Shown here: piece by piece, positions 9,867 through 18,464 of the stretch
Position numbering within the stretch: position 1 is the stretch's first letter
Layout of the letters: every line of letters starts with the position of its first letter
Origin: an uncultured Verrucomicrobiae bacterium
GTDB lineage: Bacteria > Verrucomicrobiota > Verrucomicrobiia > Chthoniobacterales > JAFAMB01
Reading direction: 5' to 3'
Assembly (NCBI GenBank): GCA_963762565.1
Contig: CAVXLD010000009.1
Location: 64,001-128,000, forward strand
DNA: 64,000 bases
The notes under the pieces: model-generated
Databases searched by the model: none
Seen by the model: the letters and a program-made list of their open reading frames with translations, nothing else
Told to the model about the DNA's origin: nothing
Translations under genes and position numbers: made by a program

Positions 9867-10883
9867 TTACTTTCTATCCGCGGCCGATTGTACTTGCGCT
9901 ACCGCCGGCGTCCCCGCCGCTAGAACGGCTCGCCACCACGGTTCGTTAACTCGGTACCAGTCGACCGTCCGCAACAAGGTCGGTTCAAAGTCATGCAACG
10001 GCTTCCAACCAATCTCGTTTCTAAGCTTTAACGAATCGAGGCTGTACCTGCGGTCGTGCGCCGGCCTGTCTTTCACATAACTGATCAGGTCTTCACTCCG
10101 ATGCAGATGTTTTAGAATCGTCTTCACCACGTCGATGTTTTTATGTTCTGACCCGGACGCGACATTGTAGATCGAACCGGAGATACCATTCATCAGAACA
10201 TCAAAAACTGCGGCGCAGTGATCCTCTACATACAACCAATCCCGCATGTAGAGGCCATCGCCATACACCGGTAAGGGCTGGTTCGCCAGCGCCCGCAGAA
10301 TCATCAAGGGGATCAGTTTCTCGGGATATTGGTAGGGGCCAAAGTTGTTCGAGGATCGCGTGATCACGATGTCTTGCCCATAGGTTTTGTGGTAGGCAAG
10401 GGCCAATAGATCACCCGACGCTTTGCTGGCCGAATAAGGAGAGCTGGGATTCAGAATCGCGGTCTCAGAGACTGGTACATCATTCGACCCGTACACCTCG
10501 TCGGTCGACACCTGTAAGAATCGTTTCACCCCATGCCGGCGAGCGGCGTCCAAGAGTACCCCAGTTCCGACCACGTTACTGTATATGAAGTCCGACGGGG
10601 AAATGATGCTGCGATCGACGTGACTTTCCGCCGCAAAATTGATGAGGCCGAAGTAGCTATGCGCGGACAAAATCTCATCCATTCTTTTGCGGTCCACGAT
10701 ATCGGCTCGAATAAACTCATACCGATCCTTGAACCGTTGGGCGAGATCAGCGGTGGTATTGAGTGAGCCGGCGTAGGTCAAAAGATCAACATTGGTTATG
10801 CTTTCCGGGTCGTAATGTTCCAAAACATAACGGATGAAATTGCTTCCGATAAAACCGCAGCCGCCTGTTACTAGCAATCTCAT
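9867..10883 (-). CDS. rfbB: dTDP-glucose 4,6-dehydratase
   Basis: MRLLVTGGCGFIGSNF, AAESHVDRSI, STDEVYG, YSASK, YPEKLIP and RDWLYVEDH. Confidence 0.95.
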   Translation of the reverse strand: MRLLVTGGCGFIGSNFIRYVLEHYDPESITNVDLLTYAGSLNTTADLAQRFKDRYEFIRADIVDRKRMDEILSAHSYFGLINFAAESHVDRSIISPSDFIYSNVVGTGVLLDAARRHGVKRFLQVSTDEVYGSNDVPVSETAILNPSSPYSASKASGDLLALAYHKTYGQDIVITRSSNNFGPYQYPEKLIPLMILRALANQPLPVYGDGLYMRDWLYVEDHCAAVFDVLMNGISGSIYNVASGSEHKNIDVVKTILKHLHRSEDLISYVKDRPAHDRRYSLDSLKLRNEIGWKPLHDFEPTLLRTVDWYRVNEPWWRAVLAAGTPAVAQVQSAADRK

Positions 10884-10929
10884 GCAGGCGTTTGTAGCAT
10901 AGAAGACCTCTCTGTCCAATTTTTCCACC

Positions 10930-11433
10930 ATGAGCGAACTCCAGATCCGATTCGCCCAACCCGAAGACGCAGAAACCGTTCATCGGCTCGTCTTCGAGCT
11001 GGCAGTTTACGAAAAGCTCACCCACGAAGTCGTATCGACTCCGGAAGACTTCCGGCGCGCGTTGGCGGGACCTGAACCGATGGTTGAAGTTTTTTTGGCC
11101 GAGATATCTGGGAAACCGGTTGCATTCGCTCTTTTCTTCCAAACTTTCTCTACTTTCGTCGGACGTCCGGGGATCTATCTGGAAGACCTTTTTGTTCTGC
11201 CGGAGTATCGGCGCCGCGGCATCGCCCAGTCTTTATTCGTCGAGCTATTTCGAATCGCCCGAGAACGAAATTGCGGCCGAGTGGAATGGACGGTCCTGGA
11301 TTGGAATGAGCCGGCCATCAAGTTTTATACCGAGAAACTCGGCGCCAAGATTCTGAAAGAGTGGTGGCGGTGCCGGGTGGAGGTAACGCCGACGGGAAAG
11401 CCGACATCGCCGACATCGCCGTCAACGACGTGA
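10930..11433 (+). CDS. GNAT acetyltransferase (spermidine/spermine N-acetyltransferase-like)
   Basis: ELAVYEK, GIYLEDLFVLPEYRRRGI and WTVLDWNEPAIKFY. Confidence 0.88.
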   Translation: MSELQIRFAQPEDAETVHRLVFELAVYEKLTHEVVSTPEDFRRALAGPEPMVEVFLAEISGKPVAFALFFQTFSTFVGRPGIYLEDLFVLPEYRRRGIAQSLFVELFRIARERNCGRVEWTVLDWNEPAIKFYTEKLGAKILKEWWRCRVEVTPTGKPTSPTSPSTT

Positions 11434-11499
11434 ACGATGGGAGGGATCGCGTCCTCGCGATCCGCGGTTCCCGAAGCACAGGCTTAGCCAGGACGAAGC

Positions 11500-11997
11500 A
11501 TGACGATTCGGGAAGAAAACAAGGCTGACTTTCCGGAAATCGCGGCTCTAACGCAGGCGGCGTTCGGCGGCGACTATGAAGCAACGTTGATCGAGAAATT
11601 GCGTGCGGCTCACTTGGTGATCGTGTCGCTGGTGGCAGTCGAACAAGGCTCCGTGATTGGACATATTCCCTTCAGCGAACTGGAGGTTGAAGTAGATGGG
11701 AGACGAGTGACGGCAGCGGCATTGGCTCCCATGGCCGTCCGGCCAGATCGCCAGAGACGAGGTATTGGATCAAAGCTCGTGGAAACAGGATTGGACGGGC
11801 TGCGCGATCGCAGTTATGAGGCCGTCATCGTTCTCGGACACCCAGATTATTATCCGCGTTTCGGATTCACTCCTTCGTTGACGGCTTCTCTCGTTGCTCC
11901 GTTTAGCGGGAGGGCATTCATGGGTCTAGAGCTGATGTCGGGATCGCTGTCAGGGAGCAGAGGATCAGTAGAGTATCCGGAAGCGTTCGGCCTCTGA
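11500..11997 (+). CDS. GNAT acetyltransferase (YhbS-like)
   Basis: LAPMAVRPDRQRRGIG and VLGHPDYYPRFGF. Confidence 0.88.
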   Translation: MTIREENKADFPEIAALTQAAFGGDYEATLIEKLRAAHLVIVSLVAVEQGSVIGHIPFSELEVEVDGRRVTAAALAPMAVRPDRQRRGIGSKLVETGLDGLRDRSYEAVIVLGHPDYYPRFGFTPSLTASLVAPFSGRAFMGLELMSGSLSGSRGSVEYPEAFGL

Positions 11998-12008
11998 GAT
12001 TGGGCGAA

Positions 12009-12208
12009 TCCGTTCCGTAGGAACGGACTGACCTTAGCCAGGCAATTTATTGCCCAGGAGTCGCACAAACGGACCTCGTCCCGAAGGGTACGGTGTGATC
12101 CGCACGCCGTGCTCTGCCACCGGACACGCATTTGCACCTGCTTTTTAATCGTTTGAGTCGCATCCCAAGCAATAAATTGCCTGGCTACGATCGGTCGTCC
12201 CTCCGGGA
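12009..12208. repeat. REPIN-like palindromic element
   Basis: tagccaggcaatttattgcc ... gcaataaattgcctggcta inverted arms with short flanking hairpins. Confidence 0.65.
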
Positions 12209-12388
12209 CACAGGCCACTGTCGCCAACACGCAGCACCGTCCCATTTTCGGTAAACATTCATCCCACTTGCGGGATGAAAATCAGGGATAGAGAGCCGTC
12301 ATTTTAACTGCCCAAAAAAATCTTTATTAAAAATTTCTTCTCGAGAAAGGGCCAAAAATTGGGGTTGGCACGCACTAAAAAAATCGCG

Positions 12389-12405
12389 TGGCATCATGGC
12401 TGCTT
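12389..12405 (+). promoter_or_regulatory. candidate sigma54 (-24/-12) promoter
   Basis: TGGCATCATGGCTGCTT (GG-N10-GC) preceded by an AT-rich tract; resembles the site at 58830. Confidence 0.5.
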
Positions 12406-12564
12406 AAGTAGTTTCCCGAGTATCGGATAAGACGAGACCGGAAACCCACTGAGACCAAACTTAACAGAGATGACTAACCCAGTGTGGATCGAAAGTTTGT
12501 CAAGAACGGGACTCAAATAAGAATAACAGCCACCTAAAAATCTTCTCCAGCCAGAAGCCAAAGG

Positions 12565-12611
12565 GACCGGTCGGTGCAAGTTCTCGACTCTGCGCCGACC
12601 GGTCAGTCTTT
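12565..12611 (+). terminator. candidate intrinsic terminator hairpin
   Basis: gaccggtcggtgca...tgcgccgaccggtc followed by agtcttt. Confidence 0.45.
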
Positions 12612-12874
12612 GGCGTTTGGCGTTCGGCGTTTGGCGTTTGGCGTTTGGCGTTCGGCGTTCGGTGTTCGGTGTTCGGCGTTTGGCGTTCGGCGGTTCGGCG
12701 TTCGGCGCTTGGCGGTTAGGGAGGGCGCGCGTCCTCGCGCGCCGCGAGGACGTGCCATCACCTAAAGGTGTATTCTTGTTCCGCGATTACAGCATGTCCT
12801 CGGCTTCGATAACCACGGATCGCGAGGACGCGATCCCTCCCAGGCCACCGCCCGAACGCCGAACGCCAAACGCC
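12609..12874. repeat. GGAGGG-REP element with TTYGGCG heptamer arms
   Basis: Near-identical inverted copy at 58497-58695. Confidence 0.8.
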
Positions 12875-13543
12875 TTACCGCATCTTTAGCCGTTCGGTCA
12901 TGATGGTTTGGACCCGGAGTCGTTCGGCTTCGAATTTTCCATCGCCGACGGTTGGTGCAACCTCGATAAACGGCATGATGGTCACTTCGATTTTGGAAAA
13001 TGGTTTCGGGATGGCGAAACCGTCCCATGACTTTAACCGCCAATAACTGCTGTACTCGATCAGCAGAGGCATTAATGGGACCTTGCAAAGCTGAGCCAAA
13101 AGGAGGGCTCCCGGACCGAAAGAATATCGGGGACCGCGAGGTCCGTCTGGCGTGATACAAATATCGTAGCCCTCGCTCAACTTCCGCGCCATATCCAGCA
13201 GGGCGGCACTGCCACGACGAGAGGTTGAGCCGCGAACTGCACCTACTCCAAAATTGCGCACGAACTCCGCCAGATAAGCGCCATCCCGGCTGGCGCTAGT
13301 CAAGACCAGCGCTCCTTTTCGGCCGGGATAATACCGGCTGAATGCGGTGGTTAAGCCCAACATCCGATTGTGCCAGATCAACGCCACTACGGATCTAGGG
13401 GCATTCTCGGCAAAAAAGCCGGCCTCATCCTTAACTTCACAGCGGAGTGTCCGCATAATGAGTTTGAGCACCAGCGCAGCAAGCCAGACCAAGATCTTCG
13501 ATCGACGGTCGAGTTCCCGAATCGTTCCGCTATTTACTGGCAT
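12875..13543 (-). CDS. DUF374 / lysophospholipid acyltransferase family protein
   Basis: WHNR, SASRDG, VRGSTSRRG, TPDGPRGP and SWDGFAIPKPF. Confidence 0.85.
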   Translation of the reverse strand: MPVNSGTIRELDRRSKILVWLAALVLKLIMRTLRCEVKDEAGFFAENAPRSVVALIWHNRMLGLTTAFSRYYPGRKGALVLTSASRDGAYLAEFVRNFGVGAVRGSTSRRGSAALLDMARKLSEGYDICITPDGPRGPRYSFGPGALLLAQLCKVPLMPLLIEYSSYWRLKSWDGFAIPKPFSKIEVTIMPFIEVAPTVGDGKFEAERLRVQTIMTERLKMR

Positions 13544-13565
13544 TCGCGCAACAGCTTAAAACCAT

Positions 13566-13888
13566 AACCGCGAATGGACACGAATACACGAATAAGAGAA
13601 AGGCCAACCGCAGATTAACGCAGATGTACGCAGATAGAAGTGGGCTTCGGTTAGAGCGCACGCAGAAGCTCTTCACTGAGCATTCCTTGATAGCGGCCAT
13701 CTAATTTGTCGAAAGGTAAAGGGGAAATCCAAAAACGATCTGGTTACGCGCTTAAGACTGACCGAACCTCCCTGAACTGAACGGAGCTCCATTTTATCTG
13801 CGTAAATCTGCGTCCATTTCACCCCGGAGAATTTCGGGGCTGCGGTTAAAGTCTTTACTTCGCGTTCATTCGTGTCAATTCGCAGTTT
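13566..13888. repeat. nested inverted short-repeat element
   Basis: cacgaat and cgcagat arrays on the left mirrored by atctgcg and attcgtg arrays on the right. Confidence 0.55.
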
Positions 13889-13906
13889 GTTTGTGTCTTT
13901 TCGCAT

Positions 13907-15676
13907 TTACACCATTGGGCGGAATCGCCCGACGACCTCGGCCAGCCGAGTGGTTATCTGGCCGAGAGAACAATGTTCAACGCAGCTAATCAGTTCGGAG
14001 AAGGTATTGCCTCCATCCTCCACAACTGCAGCTAGCCGGTCCAGGGCGCGTTCGGATTCGCCAGCGTGTCGCCGGTGAAAATCTTCGACTAGCCCCTGGT
14101 GTATCTTCTTTTTCTTTGCCGGGGTACGGATCGTCTCCAGTTTCGGCCAAGCCAGATCCTCGAGCGTATAACGGTTAAGACCAATAATCGGCCGGCTGCC
14201 ATTGGATATTTGGCTTTCGAGAACGTGGGCAGCCGTCTGGATCTGACTACGTTGGTAACGACGTTCGACGGCCCCTAGAACACCTCCTTGCGCCTCAATG
14301 GAATCAAACTCTCCCAGGATCGCGCTCTGGACGGCTTCTCCCACCACTTGCATCCCGGGTGAACCAGGAAGCGTGTTCATCATGTGTTTAAAGACACCGC
14401 TTTCTTCCAACAGGATGCCTTGAGCGTGAGCTGCATACCGGGCGTACTCTTCGCTCGGGGTGGTAAACGGTTCATCGGCAGCATTGCTGTGACAGGAATT
14501 AGTGGCGTTCATACAGGCCAAGACCAACTCAATCGCCGTACGGGTCAGATTATTTTTCCAATCGGCTGCTACCAACGATCTTCCACTGGTCTGAGTGTGC
14601 AGTTTGAATCGCTGGGTGCGCTCATCGCCGTGGAACACGTCGCGCATGCCAATTGCCCAAATCTTTCGGCAGACCCTGGACAAGGCCACATACTCGACAT
14701 CGAGCCCGCAATCGAGAAAGAACGATAGCCTGGGGCCGAATACATTGACGTCCATTCCCTTGTTCTTGAAATAATCGACGTAAGCAAAGCCGTTCGACAG
14801 AGTATAGGCGGCTTGCTGGACCGGGGTCGCTCCGGCCTCGGCAATATGATACCCGCTGATCGAGATCGGATACCAGCGACGCATGTTCACCGAGCAGAAC
14901 TCAACCATATCCGCCAGGAACCGAAGCGACGGACCAATCGGGAAAATCAACTCATTCTGAGCCTGAATTTCTTTGAGCACATCGGCTTGAATAGTGCCTC
15001 GAAGCTTAGGAACCACATCCGGCCCAAATCGATGTTTAGCGGCCGCTATATACATCGCCAGCAGAATAGGCGCCGGCCCGGAGATGGTCATTGAAACCGA
15101 CACATTCGGCTGGTCGAGATCGAACCCGGCATAAAGCGTTTCCACATCCTCGATGGTATCAATCGCTACCCCGCCCTCCCCAATCTTGCCAAAAACCCCG
15201 GGAGCGAGTGCTCCAACGCCGTAAAGAGTCGGACCATCAAAGGCGGTACTGAGCCGCTTATTGCGTTGATTGCGAGACAGGTAATGAAAACGTTGATTGG
15301 TGTCTTCGGCCAAGCCAAGCCCAGCGAACAGCCGGGTCGGTTCTTCCCCTTTCTTTTCGCCGTCGGCGCCATTCTCTTGATCCCGAGATAGGTACTGCTC
15401 GCTGTAAGCCGCGGAAACGTAAGGAAATTCTCCGGGTAATCCGCCTTCCAACAAAAAGCGGCAGATCTCTCCGGGATCGTCGTACCGCGGCAATGCTAAG
15501 GTCGGCAATTCCAAGCCGGTTGGGGTTCGGGTCTTTCCTACCTTGGCGGCAATATCCCGCCACCTTCCCATGACTTCGTTCGCTTTCGCTGAATCTTTAC
15601 GCACCCGGGCTACCTCCGCTTCAACGAAGCGGTCGTAGCCGCGCACTGACTCAATAATCTGACCGAGATAACTCAT
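13907..15676 (-). CDS. acyl-CoA mutase substrate-binding subunit (C-terminal part of IcmF-type isobutyryl-CoA mutase)
   Basis: LPGEFPY, EEPTRLFAG, RLSTAFD, RGTIQAD, SISGYHIAEAGA and HTQTSGRSL; Phe in RLFAG indicates ICM rather than MCM. Confidence 0.85.
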   Translation of the reverse strand: MSYLGQIIESVRGYDRFVEAEVARVRKDSAKANEVMGRWRDIAAKVGKTRTPTGLELPTLALPRYDDPGEICRFLLEGGLPGEFPYVSAAYSEQYLSRDQENGADGEKKGEEPTRLFAGLGLAEDTNQRFHYLSRNQRNKRLSTAFDGPTLYGVGALAPGVFGKIGEGGVAIDTIEDVETLYAGFDLDQPNVSVSMTISGPAPILLAMYIAAAKHRFGPDVVPKLRGTIQADVLKEIQAQNELIFPIGPSLRFLADMVEFCSVNMRRWYPISISGYHIAEAGATPVQQAAYTLSNGFAYVDYFKNKGMDVNVFGPRLSFFLDCGLDVEYVALSRVCRKIWAIGMRDVFHGDERTQRFKLHTQTSGRSLVAADWKNNLTRTAIELVLACMNATNSCHSNAADEPFTTPSEEYARYAAHAQGILLEESGVFKHMMNTLPGSPGMQVVGEAVQSAILGEFDSIEAQGGVLGAVERRYQRSQIQTAAHVLESQISNGSRPIIGLNRYTLEDLAWPKLETIRTPAKKKKIHQGLVEDFHRRHAGESERALDRLAAVVEDGGNTFSELISCVEHCSLGQITTRLAEVVGRFRPMV

Positions 15677-15681
15677 ACATT

Positions 15682-16806
15682 TTAGGGGAAAAGACTACGG
15701 AAAATCTGGTCAACCCCTGTATCCCGGTGACGATTTGCCTGCGTTTGTAACAAGGTTTGGTTTCGGGGACTACTCCGGAGACGGCTTTCAATTTCAGAAA
15801 CAGCGGTACGAGCGCCCCGGAGATCCGCCTTATTTAATACCACCATATCAGCCGCTTCCAGCATTGCGATCTTCAGCAGTTGCAGCCGGGCGCCGTAATC
15901 AGGTGGCATAACCAAAACGGCGAGGTCCGTGAATGAATGATCAAATCCGAATGGCAAGGCTTCTTGTCCGGTGCCCACGGTTTCGATAATCACGGCATCG
16001 AAGATCCCTAAGCCTCTGAGGTATTTGACGGCTCGTTCGGAAGCAGCCGCTAAACCACCCGCTATGCCGCGGGTTGCCATGCTTCGCATAAACACCCGGT
16101 TGTCCTGGGAGTAAACCATGGTGGCGCGATCTCCTAAGAGCGCACCCGACCCCACCATACTGGGGTCATGCGATAAAATCGCCAGGCGGTGATCGGCTGG
16201 AGAGGTGTGAAGAAATCTGAGGACCAACTCGTCGATCAACGTCGTTTTCCCGGCGCCGCCAGGACCGCTGAAGCCAAACACCTTAGTCTCCCGCTTGGGA
16301 ACGATCCGGTTAGCCGCTTGTGAATCCACGCCATTACCAGCTTCGATCTCGCTAAGCTTGGCCGCGATGATGCGGTCCTCGAATGAAGTGTTAACCACAG
16401 CCGGGACCGGGATAGAAAACCGTGACTGAACATACCGGACCATTTCCTCGAGCGGAGTGCCCGCAAAAAAAATCTGATCAACTCCGTGCTGATACATCAC
16501 CTCGGCATCGTCTTTGGTTATGGTGGCGCCACCGCCGCCGAACACCCGGATATGCCCGCAATCGCGCCCCTGCAGCAGGGATATCACCTCGGAGAAAAAT
16601 TCGACATGCCCACCGTTGTAACTCGAGATACCGATCGCTCGCACATCTTCCTGGATCGCAGCCCGCACAATATCGTGGGCCGATCGATGAAACCCCAGAT
16701 AGATGACCTCAATCCCGTAACGGATCAGATCGAGGTTGATCGTATTGATCGCGCTATCGTGTCCGTCGCAGATGGGGACAGCGGTGAGGATCCGAATGGG
16801 GGCCAT
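15682..16806 (-). CDS. cobalamin-binding domain fused to MeaB-type GTPase (N-terminal part of IcmF)
   Basis: DGHD B12 motif, SSYNGGH, GPGGAGKTT, GALLGDR, FMRSMATRG, ETVGTGQ and NKAD. Confidence 0.85.
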   Translation of the reverse strand: MAPIRILTAVPICDGHDSAINTINLDLIRYGIEVIYLGFHRSAHDIVRAAIQEDVRAIGISSYNGGHVEFFSEVISLLQGRDCGHIRVFGGGGATITKDDAEVMYQHGVDQIFFAGTPLEEMVRYVQSRFSIPVPAVVNTSFEDRIIAAKLSEIEAGNGVDSQAANRIVPKRETKVFGFSGPGGAGKTTLIDELVLRFLHTSPADHRLAILSHDPSMVGSGALLGDRATMVYSQDNRVFMRSMATRGIAGGLAAASERAVKYLRGLGIFDAVIIETVGTGQEALPFGFDHSFTDLAVLVMPPDYGARLQLLKIAMLEAADMVVLNKADLRGARTAVSEIESRLRSSPRNQTLLQTQANRHRDTGVDQIFRSLFP

Positions 16807-16899
16807 GGGGGGAAACTCGCCTTAGGCTCGTTTCATGACAAATGACAAATGGCAGATGACAGATTGCCCGCGGTCCCAACCCAGCGGCTGCAACGACAA

Positions 16900-17358
16900 T
16901 CGTCCTCATTCTCGTCGCCGTCCTCGATCCGATGCGCGCGTTCGAGGATCGGCTTTCGCCCAGGATCGGTAGGCTAATTTGGTGGGGCGAGGCTCCGGAA
17001 TAGCCGATCGTTCTCGCAGGGCAAATCGATGTTTCGTAGTTATATGGCTCGCAATACCTGAAAGCTGCCGAGCCGCGGGTCGCGCAACCCTCGGCTCGGC
17101 ACCGATCAGACGTCGCAGCCGATAGACCGACGAAATGATATTTGACGCTGCGAATCCTTTTCAGCTATTCCGCAGCCTCGCCCCACCAGCGCTGGGCGAA
17201 TGCGTCTCGTGGAATGTTCGCGCCCAATTCGAGGACAGCCTGTCCGACGAAGCCGAGGCTCTATGTTGCCAACCCGCTCAAGGTCGGCCTCGCAAGCGAG
17301 GCGCGCTCCAGAACCAGCAGTCGGCGAAGTCGGAATGACGACGAGGACGAGAACGATT
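16900..17358. repeat. MITE-like element (GTGGGGCGAGGCT family)
   Basis: cgtcctc/gaggacg arms and gaggatcggctttcgcccagg..ggtggggcgaggctccggaatagccga, shared with 28762-29101. Confidence 0.7.
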
Positions 17359-17382
17359 ATCAGGGGTGTTGGACCCAGCACA

Positions 17383-17500
17383 GGGAGGGATCGCGTCCTC
17401 GCGATCAGTGGTTTCGGGAACTGCTATAGACCCGATGAAGCGTTTTCGCTATTTCGACGCTGCAGACCTGTTCACGGCGCGCGAGGACGCGCGCCCTCCC
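17383..17500. repeat. GGAGGG-REP element
   Basis: gggagggatcgcgtcctcgcga...cgcgcgaggacgcgcgccctccc; related copies at ~22306-22422, 24458-24634 and 26626-26742. Confidence 0.75.
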
Positions 17501-18464
17501 TCGTCGTGGAGGCCAATTCGTTTTGTCGACACGCATGGGCGCTGCCGGATACTCTGACAAACCTAAGGCGAGTTTCGCAAACCCATTAGTTAGTGATAAC
17601 GCACTCCGCTTCAAACAAAGTCGGCTGATCAGTTTTAGAACGACCTGTCAACCCCAAAAACCAGCGGCTCCCCGATATACGCCAAATTACGTGGGAAACT
17701 TGAGCACAGATTAGCACTTCCTCTAGGTAAGAGTTAAATCCGATCACCACTGTCAAACCCGCACAAGTTTCTCTAACAAGCTGATCGATAGGTGTTAACA
17801 CAACACAGCCACCTCGAACCTAAATTTGGTTCTCGTGCATTCTACAATCGCTAGTCCATTCGTCTTTGCGCGAAGCCCAATAATTTTTGCAAGTCAATCT
17901 TAGCCCTACCGTCATATCGACACTGATTACCGATATGAATGATCAGTTAATTCCTAACAAAACTATTGTCTAAATGACATAACCAGCTCAACAAGAACGT
18001 CATGCTAAGAACAACAGAAAAAAGGCAAACTCGAGTCACCAAAATAGCAATTCCGACAGGCCGTCAAGCTTTCTCTTTACGTAGTTGTGAGAGTTGCCGG
18101 CCGTGAAAATTTAGTTCACTGAAAACGTATTGACAGACTCGATCACACTTCGATACGGTCCGCGAGAAATTGAAATGGCCAGTCTTTTGGAAGAATTGGA
18201 CAGTTTCGCGAGGCGGCAAATTAACTAACTATCTCGCGGTCAGGCAGTACTGACTTGAGTGTTGCCAATTTAGCTTTGCCAGGGTCGGATCGATAAAGGA
18301 TCCGAGTCTTCGCACTCGAGCATGGCGGCTCTTCTGCGACCCACCGCATTTTAACTCTAATGGAGTTTTTGTCCCGGACTTGGGTCTGTGACGGGTTATG
18401 CCCCTAAAAGGTTGTCTTAGAGGGGTGGTCGAATCTCAGTTTATTTAATTCAGCTTTTTCAAAA

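Noticed and set aside
12574..12889. ORFs rich in AFGVRR repeats (and similar ORFs at 4218-4931, 17106-17614, 28711-29190 and 31303-31743)
   Set aside because: These are translations of heptamer/REP repeats or shadow frames and show no protein-family features.
13907..15676. Methylmalonyl-CoA mutase (mutB/scpA)
   Set aside because: Phe rather than Tyr at the specificity position, and the IcmF-type organisation.
18020..18075. c-di-GMP-I riboswitch (GGCAAAC seen)
   Set aside because: The following GNRA stem and GACGCAAAGC elements are absent.
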